Source: Thermoanaerobaculia bacterium (GTDB lineage Bacteria; Acidobacteriota; Thermoanaerobaculia; UBA5066). From it: 64,000 nucleotides of DNA. The stretch is from contig CAWFJJ010000028.1 of NCBI GenBank assembly GCA_963816185.1, forward strand, positions 128,001-192,000. Reading direction: 5' to 3'. Each line of letters begins with the position of its first letter. The first letter of the stretch is position 1. This document shows, piece after piece, positions 1-10,802 of the stretch. Below the pieces are notes generated by a model. That model saw only the letters and a list, made by a program, of their open reading frames with translations. It was not told the DNA's origin and did no database searches. A program made the position numbers and the translations under genes.

Positions 1-110
1 TCTACGTCACGCACGACAGCGACGCGATGGGCGGAGCCGACGCGGCCTTTCACGTCGACGGCCGGGTGAGCGCCGGCTTCGCCGCGCACGTTCACGGGGC
101 GGCGCCGTGA
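1..110 (+). CDS. C-terminal fragment of metal ABC transporter ATP-binding subunit (ZnuC-like), partial
   Basis: Frame from nt 3 reads YVTHDSDAMGGAD...AP* (ABC H-loop VTHD); its TGA overlaps the GTG of the permease (GTGA). Confidence 0.7.
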   Translation, partial: YVTHDSDAMGGADAAFHVDGRVSAGFAAHVHGAAP

Positions 111-916
111 TCGAATTCCTCGCCTATCCGTTCTTCCAGCGGGCGCTCCTCGCCGGAGCGCTGACGGGGCTCCTCTGCGGCGCGCTCTCATTTTTCGTCG
201 TGCTCAGGCGTCTCGCGTTCGTCGGCTCGGGCGTCGCACACGCGGCGTTCGGCGGCGTGGCGCTTGCCACGCTCCTCGGGTTTTCGCCCGGCCTCGGCGG
301 CCTCGCCGTTTCGCTCGCAGTCGCAGGCGCGACGGCAAGGGCCTCGGAGTCGTCGGGCGTCTCGGAGGACACGGCGGTCGGCGTCTTTACGGTGGCGGCC
401 ATGGCCGGGGGCGTCGTCGCGCTCGGCTTCGTCAAGGCGAACGTCGACCTTTTCGGCCTCATGTTCGGCAACATCCTGACCGTCGATCCGGAGGACCTCT
501 TGCTCCTCGCCGGAGCCGCCGCGGGCATTCTCGTGGCGCTCGCATTCTTCTTCCGGCCGCTGCTCCTCGCGTCGGTCGACGAGGAAGGCGCTCGGGTCGC
601 CGGCGTCGGGACGGGCGCCATGCGGCTTCTCGTTCTCGTCCTCATCGCCGTCGCCGTCGTGGCGGCGCTGAAGGTCGTTGGAATCCTTCTCGTCTCGGCT
701 CTCCTCGTGCTGCCGGGCGCCACGGCACGCCCGCTCGCGAGCCGCTGGCCCGGCTTCCTGGGAGGTTCGATCGCCGTCGCGCTCACGTCGGTTGTTGGAG
801 GGCTGCTTCTTTCCGTGGCGCTCGACATCGCCTCGGGCGCCGCGATCATCCTGCTCGGAACCTGCCTCTTCGTGGCGGCGATCGCGGCCACGCGGCTTCG
901 CGCCCGGCGCGTCTGA
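107..916 (+). CDS. Zn/Mn ABC transporter permease (ZnuB/MntB family)
   Basis: Hydrophobic protein with family motifs FFQRAL, RRLAFVGSGVAHAA, LFGLMFGNILTV, VGILLVSALLVLP. Confidence 0.92.
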   Translation: MIEFLAYPFFQRALLAGALTGLLCGALSFFVVLRRLAFVGSGVAHAAFGGVALATLLGFSPGLGGLAVSLAVAGATARASESSGVSEDTAVGVFTVAAMAGGVVALGFVKANVDLFGLMFGNILTVDPEDLLLLAGAAAGILVALAFFFRPLLLASVDEEGARVAGVGTGAMRLLVLVLIAVAVVAALKVVGILLVSALLVLPGATARPLASRWPGFLGGSIAVALTSVVGGLLLSVALDIASGAAIILLGTCLFVAAIAATRLRARRV

Positions 917-937
917 GTTCTAGGGTATCTTTCGCGC

Positions 938-1708
938 ATGGCTCCGCTACCCAACAAGCTCGTCCTCGTCCGCCACGGCGAGAGCACCTGGAATCTGGAG
1001 AATCGCTTCACCGGGTGGGTGGACGTGGGCCTCTCGGCGAAGGGCGTCGAGGAGGCCCGGGCCGGCGGGAGGCTGCTGAAGACTGAGGGCTTTCGTTTCG
1101 ACCGCGTCTTCACGTCGCTTCTGACGCGGGCGATCCTGACCGCCCAGATCGTCCTCGAGGAGCTCGACCAGCTCTGGCTGCCCGTCGAGCGTTCGTGGCG
1201 CTTGAACGAGCGGCACTACGGCGCGCTGACCGGCCTCAACAAGAAAGAGACGGGGCGGAAGTACGGGGATGAGCAGCTCCATCAGTGGCGGCGCGGATAC
1301 GCGGTCCTTCCGCCCGCGCTCGACGAAGACGATCCGCGGCACCCGCGTTTCGACCCGCGTTACAGGACGCTGCCTCCCGAGCTGCTTCCGCGGACCGAGA
1401 GCCTCGAGAGGGTCGTGGCCCGCACGCTCCCGTATTGGTACGACGCGATCGTGCCGCGCCTCGCGGCCGGGGAACAGGTGCTCGTGGCGGCGCATGGCAA
1501 CAGCCTGCGCGCCCTCGTGAAGCATCTCGACGCGATCTCCGACGACGACATCGCCGCTCTCAACATCCCGACCGGAATCCCGCTCGTCTACACGCTCGAC
1601 TCCGCATTTCATCGTGTCTCGAGCGTGTACCTCGGCGATCCCGAGGCCGCGAGGAAGGCCGCCGAAGCGGTCGCGAAGCAGGCGAGCGCGGGCCCGAGCG
1701 GCGCGTAG
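938..1708 (+). CDS. gpmA: 2,3-bisphosphoglycerate-dependent phosphoglycerate mutase
   Basis: [37 protein letters not shown] motifs. Confidence 0.97.
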   Translation: MAPLPNKLVLVRHGESTWNLENRFTGWVDVGLSAKGVEEARAGGRLLKTEGFRFDRVFTSLLTRAILTAQIVLEELDQLWLPVERSWRLNERHYGALTGLNKKETGRKYGDEQLHQWRRGYAVLPPALDEDDPRHPRFDPRYRTLPPELLPRTESLERVVARTLPYWYDAIVPRLAAGEQVLVAAHGNSLRALVKHLDAISDDDIAALNIPTGIPLVYTLDSAFHRVSSVYLGDPEAARKAAEAVAKQASAGPSGA

Positions 1709-1914
1709 AGAAGACACCTAGGAAATCTTGCTCTTCGTATTTCCCTTTTGACCATTGGTCGTTGGCATGTCGTCACAACAGGCGGACGGCGCTGTGTGAC
1801 CCGTGTCATCTCGCGTTGCTCTCGTGGGACGCGTGGAGTGACCGGGAACACCGAACGCGTGCGAGTTCGCGACTGGCACCTTCGTTGCTCCACAGGAGAG
1901 CGGAGGTACGGTTC

Positions 1915-2322
1915 ATGAATCTTTCTAGAGCCTTCTCGAAGAGCACACCGATCCTCGCCGTCGTCGCGCTCGCGGCGTTCATCACGTCGTGCAGCAAGTC
2001 GTCCCCGACCGAGCCGACGACGGGAGGAACGATGGCCTCCGCCGGCTCGGTCGTGATCACGTCCGCCGGAGTCTCGCCCAAGACGCAAACCGTCGGGTTC
2101 GGCGCGATGGTCACGATCACGAACAACGACAGCGTGCCGCACGAGTTCGCTTCGAATCCGCACCCGGTCCACACGGATTGCCCCGAGATCAACGCTCCCG
2201 TCCTCCAGACGGGCCAGAGCTTCACGGCGATGATGGCGAGCAAGGCGGAGACCTGCGGCTTCCACGATCACCTGAACCCCACGAACGCCGCGTTCCAGGG
2301 CACGATCTTCGTCGCGAAGTAG
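1915..2322 (+). CDS. Cupredoxin-like lipoprotein (135 aa)
   Basis: GGAGG RBS before ATG 1915; lipobox-like FITSC; VTITNNDSVPH...HPVHTDC...CGFHDHLNP...GTIFV resembles a cupredoxin beta-sandwich. Confidence 0.7.
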   Translation: MNLSRAFSKSTPILAVVALAAFITSCSKSSPTEPTTGGTMASAGSVVITSAGVSPKTQTVGFGAMVTITNNDSVPHEFASNPHPVHTDCPEINAPVLQTGQSFTAMMASKAETCGFHDHLNPTNAAFQGTIFVAK

Positions 2323-2454
2323 GGATCGGCTGACGGGCCGCTCGCGGGCATACTAGGCCTCCCGCCGTGTCCCGGCTGACGGGCCGGCGGGGGTCGATAT
2401 GGCTCGCGTCCGCACCGTTACAGCGTCGCTCGAGATCCTCGTGCCGGGGACGCG

Positions 2455-3651
2455 CTGATTCCGCGCGTTCTCTCCCTCGCGGCGCTCGCGGCGACGATCG
2501 CAGTCGCGCAGGGCGAGCGGACTCCTCTCACGCTCCGCGACGCCCTCGCGCGCGCTGAGGCCGCGCCCGACGTCGTCGTCGCTCGCGCGGCGCAGGCCGT
2601 CGCCGAGCGCGGAATCGACGTCGTCCGGGCGCCCGGGTCTCCGACGCTCACCGCCGGGACGCACACGGAGGCCGCGCGTCTCGCGCTCGCCCTTGCCGTC
2701 CCCGTGCGCTGGGGCAGCCAGCGGGGAACCGCCCTCGATGTCGCGCGCGCCGAGCGCGACGCGGCAACGGCCGAAACCGCCGCCGCGGTCGACCGTGCGC
2801 GAGAGGCCGTCACGGCCGCGTGGTTCCGCCTCGCGGCCGACGAGGAGCTCGAGAGCATCGCGGCGGCGCGCGTCGCACGGCTGGAGAGGACCGCCTCCGC
2901 CGTGAAGGAGCTCTTCGAGGCGGGCCGCGTTCCGCGCCTCGATGTCGTGCGCACACAGGCCGAGGCGGCGTTTGCGCGCGCCGACGTTTTCACGGCCTCG
3001 GCGGAGCGCCGCGCGGCGGCAGCGGCCCTCGCCCTGCTGGTGAGCTCGGAGCCGGGGACCGATCTTTCGGCCGCGGGCGAGCGACCCGCGCCCGCGCCTC
3101 TCCCCGGCCTCTCGTCGCTCCAGGCGCGCGCCGCGAACGCGGCCGATGTTCGGGCCGCCGACGCGCGGAGCCGGGCCGCCGCCGCCCGGATCGAGAGGGC
3201 GAAGCGGGAGGGCCTGCCCGCGCTCACGCTCGAAGGCGGAGTGGACGTGAACGACCCGACGATCGAAGGAACCGACAAGCACGTCTCTCTGGGTCTGACG
3301 ATTCCGGTCGGTGCACACGCTACGGTCGCCGTCACGAGCGCGGAGCGCGAGCGTGCCGCCGCGGAGCGGTCGCGGCTGGTCCGTTCGCTCGAGGCGGAAA
3401 TCGTCGCGGGATGGAACCGGACGGAGGCCGCCCGGCGACGGCTCGAGGCGCTCGACACGGCAACCCTTCCGGCGGCCCGGGAGGCTGCCGACCTCGCGGG
3501 TATCGCGTACCGGGAGGGCCGACTGGACCTCCTTCGGCTGCTCGAGAGCGAACGTGCCCTTCTCGAGGCGCGCGTGGGCCGCGTGGAGACATGGGTGTCC
3601 TGGGGAACGGAACGTGCGAGCCTCGAACGGCTCGTGGGAGGGAAGCTTTGA
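2455..3651 (+). CDS. TolC-family outer membrane efflux protein (start uncertain, CTG or local indel)
   Basis: Frame open upstream of the called 2704 start, giving signal-like LIPRVLSLAALAATIAVAQ then LTLRDAL; OEP repeat motifs FEAGRVPRLDV and YREGRLDLLRLL; coupled to MFP. Confidence 0.8.
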   Translation: MIPRVLSLAALAATIAVAQGERTPLTLRDALARAEAAPDVVVARAAQAVAERGIDVVRAPGSPTLTAGTHTEAARLALALAVPVRWGSQRGTALDVARAERDAATAETAAAVDRAREAVTAAWFRLAADEELESIAAARVARLERTASAVKELFEAGRVPRLDVVRTQAEAAFARADVFTASAERRAAAAALALLVSSEPGTDLSAAGERPAPAPLPGLSSLQARAANAADVRAADARSRAAAARIERAKREGLPALTLEGGVDVNDPTIEGTDKHVSLGLTIPVGAHATVAVTSAERERAAAERSRLVRSLEAEIVAGWNRTEAARRRLEALDTATLPAAREAADLAGIAYREGRLDLLRLLESERALLEARVGRVETWVSWGTERASLERLVGGKL

Positions 3652-4721
3652 GATTCCGGACGTGGGCCTCGCTCCTCGCGATCGCCGTGCTCGGGGGCTG
3701 CGGCGCCCCTGACGCCGGCGAGCCTGCCGCGCGGACTGTCAAGGTCCGCGTCGCGCAAGCGGCTCCGCACGATTTCGAGGTTCGCCTTCGGGTCGCGGGG
3801 CGCGTCGTCCCGCCCGTGGACCGACAGGCGTCCGTCTCGGCGCCGGTCGCGGGCCGCATCCAGGAGGTCACGGCCCGCGAGGGGCAGCGCGTGCGGAAGG
3901 ACGAGGTCCTTGCGCGCGTCGACGCGCGCCCCCTCGACGAGGCTGTCCGCTCCGCCGAGGCCGCGTTGAAGCGCACCGAGGCCGACGCCGCGTTCAAGCG
4001 GGACGTCGCGAAGCGGTCTCGGGACCTTTATGAGAAAGGCGTCGTCGCGCGCCAGGAGGCGGACGCGGACACCTCGGCCGCCGTCGCGGCCGAGGCCGCG
4101 GTCGTCGAGGCGACGTCGGCCCTGTCGGCCGCGCGGCGAAACCGCGAGTGGGCCGAGCTGGCGGCGCCGTTCGACGGCGTCGTGGTGCGCATCCTGCGCC
4201 ATCCCGGTGAGCAGGTGGACGGCACCGCCGCGACGCCTATCGTCGAGGTCGCCGGGCTCGACCCGCTCGAGGTCTCGCTCGACGTGCCCCCCGAGGCTCT
4301 CGCGCGCCTGCACGTCGGCGACCAGGCGGAGGTCACTGCGGGCTCCGGCGCCCCGCTCGGGGCCCGTGTCACACGGGTCGCGGGCGCGCTCGACGCGGCC
4401 TCCCTCGTCGGTGGCGTCCGCCTTCGCTTCACGGGTCCCATGCCGCCGCTGGCGCTCGGAACCCCGGTCGACGTGCGCCTCACGCTCGAGCGCCTTCCGG
4501 GTGCCGTCGCCGTTCCGAAGCGGGCCGTGCGGCGGAGCGCGGAGGGCGCACCCGAGGTCGTGGCTGTCGTCGGCGGCAGGGCGAAGGCGACGCCCGTGAC
4601 GCTCGGGCCCGAGGAAGAGGGGCTCGTCGCGGTCCGATCGGGGCTGAAGGCGGGAGATGTCGTCGTCGTCGAGGATCCCCTCGGCCTCGCGGACGGCGTC
4701 CCGCTGGAGATCGCGCGTTGA
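3648..4721 (+). CDS. RND efflux periplasmic adaptor (MFP) lipoprotein
   Basis: TTG start overlapping TolC stop; lipobox LGGC; [36 protein letters not shown] motifs. Confidence 0.9.
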   Translation: MRFRTWASLLAIAVLGGCGAPDAGEPAARTVKVRVAQAAPHDFEVRLRVAGRVVPPVDRQASVSAPVAGRIQEVTAREGQRVRKDEVLARVDARPLDEAVRSAEAALKRTEADAAFKRDVAKRSRDLYEKGVVARQEADADTSAAVAAEAAVVEATSALSAARRNREWAELAAPFDGVVVRILRHPGEQVDGTAATPIVEVAGLDPLEVSLDVPPEALARLHVGDQAEVTAGSGAPLGARVTRVAGALDAASLVGGVRLRFTGPMPPLALGTPVDVRLTLERLPGAVAVPKRAVRRSAEGAPEVVAVVGGRAKATPVTLGPEEEGLVAVRSGLKAGDVVVVEDPLGLADGVPLEIAR

Positions 4722-7700
4722 CTCTCTTCGCCCGGCTGTTGCGCCAGCGCTCGCTCGTCCTCGTCGCAAGCGTCGGCGTCATGCTCGCGGGCGCGGTCGC
4801 CCTCGGCCGCCTCGGGACCGGCATCTATCCGGAGATCGAGTTCCCGCGCATCGTCGTCGTCGCGCGAGCGGCGGACCTTCCGCCCGAGCAGATGCAGGCC
4901 GCCGTCGTCCGCCCGCTCGAGGAGTCGCTCGCGACCGTCCTCGGGCTCCGGCGCCTGCGCGTACGCATCATTCGCGGCGCGGCCGAGCTCTCGCTGCAGT
5001 TCGTAGACGGGACGGACATGTGGCGGGCACTGCAGCTCGTGGACGCAGCCGCGGCCGAGGCGCGCGGAAATCTTCCGCCGGGCGTCGAAACGGAGACCCA
5101 GAAGGTCACGCCGGCCGATTTCCCGATCCTCTCGTACAACCTCGTCGGCGCCAACGCGACGATCCGGCGCGAAGCCGCCGAGCAGCTCGTGCGGCCGGTG
5201 CTCTCGCGCGTGCCCGGAGTCGGGCGAGTCGAGGTCATCGGCGGGGACCCGCGCGAGGTCGAGATCGTCGCGGACCCCGCGCGCCTCGCGGCCGCGGGGA
5301 TCCGGCCCGCCGAGCTCGCGCGGCGCGTCGGCGAGGGGCTCGCGCGGCGGGCCGTCGGGCGCTTCGACTCGTTCCGGCAGACGACGACCGTCCTCGTGGA
5401 CCCTCCGGCTCTCGATCCCGAAAAGCTGGCCGGCCTGCCCATCGCGGCGAGCCGGCAGGGAAGCGTGCGTCTCGGCTCGCTCGCCGAGGTCGTCGAGGGG
5501 GCGCCGGATCGGGTCCTCGCCGTCCACGGGCCGGAAGGCGATGCCGTGCAGGTCAGCGTCTCGCGAATGCTCGGCGCGTCCGCCCCCGACGTCGTCCGGG
5601 GGATCGAGAAGGCAGCCCGAACTCTTCCGCTTCCCGCGGGTCTCGCGCTCAAGGAGGTCTACAACCAGGGCGGTCTCATCCGGGAGTCGATCCTCGGCAT
5701 CCGCGATGCGATCGTCCTCGGGATCCTCCTGACCGTCGGCGTCCTCGCGCTGTTCCTGCGCGACGCGCGCGCCGGCCTGCTCGCGGCGCTCTCGGTGCCG
5801 GTCGCCCTCGTCTCGACGTTCTTCGGAATGTCCGTGTTCGGCCAGACGCTGAACCTCATGTCGCTCGGCGGCATGGCGATCGCGATCGGCCTCGTGATCG
5901 ACGACGCGATCGTGGTCGTCGAGGCGATCGTGAGGAGGCGCGAGGAGGGCGCGTCGCCGGAAGCCGCCGTCGCGGAGGGACTCCGCGAGATGACGTCCCC
6001 CGTCATCGGGACCACCGTCACGACGATCGTCGTCCTTCTGCCGCTGGCCTTCATGACGGGGCTCGTCGGGAGCTTCTTCAAGGCCCTCGCGCTCACGCTC
6101 GCCTCGGCCGTCTTCGCCTCGCTCCTCTTCGCGCTCTTCGTCCTTCCGCTTCTCTGCGGACGGCTGCGCGAGAGCGGTGCGGAGCGCGGGGCGCGCGTCG
6201 AGAACGTGCATGCGGCGCTCCTCGGCGCCGCGGGGAGGCGCCGTCTCGCCGTGGCGGCCGCGACCGGCCTCCTCGCGCTCGGAGGCGCCGTCATCGCGCG
6301 GCGAATGCCCTCGGGTTTCCTTCCGGAAATGGACGAAGGGGCCTTCGTCCTCGACTACTTCATGCCCGCCGGGACGTCGCTCGCCGACACCGAGAAGGCG
6401 GCGCTCCACCTGGAGGCGATCCTCGCGGCGACTCCCGGCGTCTCGACGTGGAGCCGCCGCACGGGCGCCGAGCTGGGCCCGGTGACGGCGACTCTCATGA
6501 GCCGCGGCGACATCGCGGTGCGCCTCGTCCCGCGGGGAAAGAGGAAGGACGCGGAAGAGATCATTGCGGGGCTGCGCGCCCGAGTCGACGCCAAGCTCCC
6601 CGGCGTGCGCGTCGAGTTCGTGCAGATCCTCGAGGACGTCCTGAACGACCTGTCCGGCGCGCCGCGTCCGCTCGAGGTCAAGCTCTTCGGGCCGGACGAG
6701 GGTGTCCTGCGCGACCTCGCGGGCAAGCTGTCGCAAAGCCTCGCAAGCGTGCCGAGGCTCGTCGACACGTACTCCGGCGTCGAAGGGCAGGTTCCGCTGC
6801 GCGTCTTCACCGTGGACGGGGAGGCAGCCGTGCGAGCGGGGCTCACGGCTGCGGACGTGGCCGAGGATCTTGCGACGGCGCTGCAGGGGAAGGTCGTCGG
6901 TTCCGTGCCGCGCCTCGACCGGCTCGTCCCCGTGCGCGTGCGGTTCCCCGATGCCGTGCGGTTCTCGCCGGAGGCCGCCGGCAGCTTTCCGGTCGCCGTC
7001 GCGGGCGAGACCCTGCCGATCTCGCGTCTGGCTCCGTACGCGGAGGTGAGCGGCGCGAGCGTTCTCTACCGGGAGAACCTATCGCCCGTCGTCCCGGCGT
7101 CGGCAGACGTCGAGGGCGGCGACCTCGGCGGAGCCGCGCGCGCCGTCGCGGAACGGCTCTCGAAATTGCCTCTCCCGCCGGGCTATCGTTCGGAGATCGG
7201 CGGCCGGGCCGAGAGTCAGGGCCGAGCCTTCCGCGACCTCGCCGAGGTCCTCGCGCTGGGCGTCCTCGCCGTGTTCGCCGTCCTCGTGGCTCAGTTCCGT
7301 TCCGCGAAGGCCGCGCTCCTCGTCCTTCTCCTCGTGCCTGTCGCGCTCTCGGGCGGTGTCCTGTCCCTTTTCGTCTGCCGCGTCCCTCTGAACGTCTCGT
7401 CGGTGATGGGCCTCGTGCTCCTCGTCGGCCTCGTCGTCAAAAACGGGATTCTTCTCGTCCAGAAGGCGCAGGAGCTGATCAAAGCGGGAGAGGCGCCGGC
7501 GGCCGCTCTGGCGTCGGCCGCCCACCGGCGGCTGCGGCCCATCCTGTTGACGACGCTGTGCACGATCTTCGGCCTCCTCCCCCTTGCCTTCGCGTGGGGC
7601 GCCGGCTCCGAGCTCCAGCGGCCGCTCGCGATCGCCGTCGTCGGGGGCCTCCTCGTCTCGACCCTTGCGACCCTCGTCGCGCTGCCCCTGCTGGGCGCGC

Positions 7701-7741
7701 GCTTCGTCAGGACTGTCCCGCAAGCCATTGGGAACCCATGA
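4718..7741 (+). CDS. RND efflux permease (AcrB/CzcA family)
   Basis: 1007 aa; [43 protein letters not shown] motifs. Confidence 0.95.
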   Translation: MTLFARLLRQRSLVLVASVGVMLAGAVALGRLGTGIYPEIEFPRIVVVARAADLPPEQMQAAVVRPLEESLATVLGLRRLRVRIIRGAAELSLQFVDGTDMWRALQLVDAAAAEARGNLPPGVETETQKVTPADFPILSYNLVGANATIRREAAEQLVRPVLSRVPGVGRVEVIGGDPREVEIVADPARLAAAGIRPAELARRVGEGLARRAVGRFDSFRQTTTVLVDPPALDPEKLAGLPIAASRQGSVRLGSLAEVVEGAPDRVLAVHGPEGDAVQVSVSRMLGASAPDVVRGIEKAARTLPLPAGLALKEVYNQGGLIRESILGIRDAIVLGILLTVGVLALFLRDARAGLLAALSVPVALVSTFFGMSVFGQTLNLMSLGGMAIAIGLVIDDAIVVVEAIVRRREEGASPEAAVAEGLREMTSPVIGTTVTTIVVLLPLAFMTGLVGSFFKALALTLASAVFASLLFALFVLPLLCGRLRESGAERGARVENVHAALLGAAGRRRLAVAAATGLLALGGAVIARRMPSGFLPEMDEGAFVLDYFMPAGTSLADTEKAALHLEAILAATPGVSTWSRRTGAELGPVTATLMSRGDIAVRLVPRGKRKDAEEIIAGLRARVDAKLPGVRVEFVQILEDVLNDLSGAPRPLEVKLFGPDEGVLRDLAGKLSQSLASVPRLVDTYSGVEGQVPLRVFTVDGEAAVRAGLTAADVAEDLATALQGKVVGSVPRLDRLVPVRVRFPDAVRFSPEAAGSFPVAVAGETLPISRLAPYAEVSGASVLYRENLSPVVPASADVEGGDLGGAARAVAERLSKLPLPPGYRSEIGGRAESQGRAFRDLAEVLALGVLAVFAVLVAQFRSAKAALLVLLLVPVALSGGVLSLFVCRVPLNVSSVMGLVLLVGLVVKNGILLVQKAQELIKAGEAPAAALASAAHRRLRPILLTTLCTIFGLLPLAFAWGAGSELQRPLAIAVVGGLLVSTLATLVALPLLGARFVRTVPQAIGNP

Positions 7742-7743
7742 GG

Positions 7744-7772
7744 TTGCGGCCAGGACGTGGCTCTGCTACGAT
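7744..7772 (+). promoter_or_regulatory. Candidate sigma70 promoter for rpmB-rpmG
   Basis: TTGCGG-N17-TACGAT with extended -10 TG; GGAG RBS before ATG 7801. Confidence 0.45.
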
Positions 7773-7800
7773 GGTAGATTCTGGGTCGAAGGAGCTAGAA

Positions 7801-8037
7801 ATGTCCGGAATCTGCCAGGTCACGGGAAAGCGCGCGGTGTCGGGGAACAAGGTTTCCCACGCCAACAACAAGACGAAGCGGCTCTTCAAGCCGAATCTCC
7901 GCTCGCAGCGTTTCTGGCTCGCGAGCGAGCGCCGCTGGGTTCGGCTGCGCGTCTCGACGGCAGCGATGCGGACGATCGACAAGAAGGGGCTGGAAGCCGT
8001 CGTCGCCGGGATGCGGCGCGAGGGGAAGAGGATCTAG
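7801..8037 (+). CDS. rpmB: 50S ribosomal protein L28
   Basis: [33 protein letters not shown]...[14 protein letters not shown]. Confidence 0.97.
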   Translation: MSGICQVTGKRAVSGNKVSHANNKTKRLFKPNLRSQRFWLASERRWVRLRVSTAAMRTIDKKGLEAVVAGMRREGKRI

Positions 8038-8040
8038 GCC

Positions 8041-8193
8041 ATGCGCGAGAAGGTGAAGCTCGTCTCCACGGCGAACACGGGTTACTTCTACACGATCACG
8101 AAGAACAAGAAGACCCATCAGGACAAGATGGAAGTGAAGAAGTACGACCCCAAGATCCGCAAACACGTGGCCTTCAAGGAGTCGAAGATCTAA
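8041..8193 (+). CDS. rpmG: 50S ribosomal protein L33 (cysteine-free form), absent from ORF track
   Basis: Manual translation [50 protein letters not shown]. Confidence 0.97.
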   Translation: MREKVKLVSTANTGYFYTITKNKKTHQDKMEVKKYDPKIRKHVAFKESKI

Positions 8194-8257
8194 CCTGGGG
8201 GCGCCTCGAAGCGCCCCGTCCCCCACAACCTAGAGGACTTCTCGAGCCCGCACCGCT

Positions 8258-9436
8258 CTACGGGCTCATCCTCCGAATCGCAAGGACGCCGATCGCCGCA
8301 AGGATCAGCGACAAGGCGATCAATCCCAGCGGATCGAGTGTCGGAACGGCAACTCCGCCGGGCGTGGGTGTCGGCGTCGGAGTCCCCGGAGGAGCCGTTG
8401 GTGTCAGAGTCGGAGTAGAGGTTGGCGTCGACGTCGGAGTAAAGGTCGGTGTGGGAGGCGGGGGCGCGGCGCCGGTCGTTACCGCCACGAAGACGGGAAG
8501 GCCCAACCCTGTGGCGGCTCCGGAGAGCGTTCGCAGCGGGGCGACATTGCCGTTCGCCGTTCGCGCATAGACCGTGACGGAACTGCCGCTACTGTTCGCG
8601 ACGGCCACCTCGTCGTTTACGAGGTCCCCGGCCAGGCCGAACGGTGCATTCAGACTCGTAGCAGCCCCCGCGATGGTCCGCAGCGGGGCGACATTGCCGT
8701 TCGCCGTCCGGGTGTAGACCGTAAGGGAGTTGCCGGTGCGGTTCGATACGATCAACTCGTTGTTCACGGTGTCGACGGCCACAGCGTTTTAAAGGTTCAG
8801 GCCAGTGGCGCCCCCGGACAGGACCCGCAGCGGGGCCACGTTCCCATTCGCCGTCCGAGCGAAGACCCTGACGGCGGCCGGGAGATCCGCCACGACCAGC
8901 TCGTTGTTCACGAGGTCGAGGGCCACGTCGACCGGACCATTCAATCCCGTGGCGGCTCCGGCGATTCTCCGCAGTGGGGGCACATTGCCACTCGCCGTCC
9001 GGGCGTAGACCGAGATCGAGAGCGAGCCCATGTTCGAGTCGGCGACCACCAGCTCGTTGTTGACGGTGTCCACGGCCAGGCCCGCCGGACTACTCAAGAG
9101 CGTGGCGCCCCCGGACAGAGTCCGCAGCGGAGCGACGTCGCCGTTCGCCGTCAGGGGGTAGACCGTGACGGAGTTGTTGCCAAAATTCGCCACGATCAGC
9201 TCGTTGTTCACCCTGTCCACGGCGAGGCCCGCTGGATTATTCAGGAGCGTCGCAGCCCCGGAGAGCGTCCGCGTCGGTGCGACGTTGCCGTTCGCGGTCC
9301 GGGCGTAGACCGTGATGGAGCTGGTGGCGCCTTCGTTTCCGACGAAGAGCTCGTCCTGGGCCCAGGCCGTCCCGCTCCCCATGCTCAGAACAAGTGCCGC
9401 GATCGAACAACCCGATCGGAGAAAGCGATCTGACAT
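8258..9436 (-). pseudogene. Secreted six-repeat NHL-like beta-propeller protein with PT linker and IPTL-CTERM-like anchor, interrupted by in-frame TAA at 8789-8791
   Basis: ORFs 8789-9436 and 8258-8782 share a frame (LNL*NAVAVDTVNN) and together match the intact paralog next door. Confidence 0.75.
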
Positions 9437-9468
9437 CTATCTGCCACCTTTCGTGTGGGGCGAGCCTC

Positions 9469-10635
9469 TCAGGGGCTCAGCCTCCGAATCGCGAAGACGC
9501 CGAGGGCCGCGAGGATCAGCGACAAGGCGATCAGTCCTCGCGAATCGAGTGTCGGAACGGCAACTCCGCCGGGCGTGGGTGTAGGCGTCGGAGTCCCCGG
9601 AGGAGCCGTCGGAGTCAGAGTCGGCGTAAAGGTTGGTGTCGAAGTCGGAGTAGATGTTGGTGTCGGAGGCGGGGGCGCGGCGCCGGTAGTGATCGCCAGG
9701 GATTGAGGGCCGTTCAGCCCTGTGGTGCCGCCGGCGAGCATCCGCAGGGGGGCGACGTTGCCATTCGCCGTTCGCGCGTAGGCCGTGATGGAGTTGTTGG
9801 AAAAATTCGCCACAACCAGTTCGTCGTTCGTCGTGTCCACGGCGGGACCCCGTGGGCTATTCAGCCCCGTCGCGGCGCCCGTGAGGGTGCGTAGGGGCGC
9901 GACGTTGCCATTCGCGGTCCGGGCGTAGACCGTAACGGAGTTGTTGCCCGGGTTCACCACGGCCAGCTCGTTGTTCACGAGGTCCAGGGCCAGGCCGAAC
10001 GGACCATTCAACCCCGTGGCGGCCCCGGCGATGATCCGTAGCGGGGGGACGTTGCCATTCGCCGTCCGTGAATAGACCCTGACGGAAGGGAGGCTGGAAT
10101 TCGTGACAACCAGCTCGTTGTTCACGGCGTCGACGGCCACGCCAGATGGCTGAAACAACCCCGTGGAGTCGGTGAGCGTCCGCAGCGCGGCCACATTGCC
10201 ATTCGCCGCTCGGGCGTAGACCGTGATGGCGCCGAACGAATTGACCACCACCAGCTCGTTGTTGACAGGGTCCACGGCCAGGCGGAACGGCTCAGTCAAC
10301 CCGGTCGTGGCCCCGGCGATGGTCCGCAGCGGAGCCACGTTGCCGTTGGCCGTCCGGGCGTAGACCGTAACTGACGTGTTCCCCACGTTCGCCACGAACA
10401 GCTCGCTGTTCACGGCGTCCACGGACACACCCGTGGGCGTACTCAATCCCGTGGCGGCCCCGGCGATGGTCCGCGTCGGGGCGACATTGCCGTTGGCCGT
10501 CCGCGCGTAGACCGTAACAGAGTTGTTGGCGCTGTTCGCGACGAACATCTCGTCCTGGGCCCAGGCCGTCCCGGTCCCCACGCCCAGAAGAATCGCAACG
10601 ATCGAATAACCCGCCCGAAGAACGCGACCCGACAT
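9469..10635 (-). CDS. Secreted six-repeat NHL-like beta-propeller surface protein with PT linker and IPTL-CTERM-like sorting tail
   Basis: Signal peptide ending AWA-Q; six ~49-aa repeats (RTANGNVAPLRT.GAATGL..P.G.AVD.VNNEL); C-terminus AVPTLDSRGLIALSLILAALGVFAIRR; GGAGG RBS. Confidence 0.8.
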   Translation of the reverse strand: MSGRVLRAGYSIVAILLGVGTGTAWAQDEMFVANSANNSVTVYARTANGNVAPTRTIAGAATGLSTPTGVSVDAVNSELFVANVGNTSVTVYARTANGNVAPLRTIAGATTGLTEPFRLAVDPVNNELVVVNSFGAITVYARAANGNVAALRTLTDSTGLFQPSGVAVDAVNNELVVTNSSLPSVRVYSRTANGNVPPLRIIAGAATGLNGPFGLALDLVNNELAVVNPGNNSVTVYARTANGNVAPLRTLTGAATGLNSPRGPAVDTTNDELVVANFSNNSITAYARTANGNVAPLRMLAGGTTGLNGPQSLAITTGAAPPPPTPTSTPTSTPTFTPTLTPTAPPGTPTPTPTPGGVAVPTLDSRGLIALSLILAALGVFAIRRLSP

Positions 10636-10706
10636 CCTCCACCTCCACTTCGAAATCTCGCCGCGATTCGCCGCGGCAGCCACGCGCAGTCGGTTGTCTG
10701 ATCTAA

Positions 10707-10734
10707 ATGCGATGAAAACCGCCCCGCGGGCTCA
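10707..10734 (-). promoter_or_regulatory. Candidate ECF-type promoter for the beta-propeller genes
   Basis: Minus strand TGAGCC-N17-CGCAT in the divergent gap next to the ECF gene; assignment is inference. Confidence 0.3.
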
Positions 10735-10802
10735 CGCGCCCGTTCTCGTGGCGATCCCGGGGTGTAAGATCACCGCACAGAATCGTTTAGGTGCCTTCGA
10801 CA

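Noticed and set aside
7741-7800. Zur box upstream of rpmB
   Set aside because: No convincing AT-rich inverted repeat is visible.
8400-10560. Regular ~147-bp DNA repeats resembling an array
   Set aside because: They are in-frame protein repeats of the beta-propellers, not CRISPR repeats; no cas genes are present.
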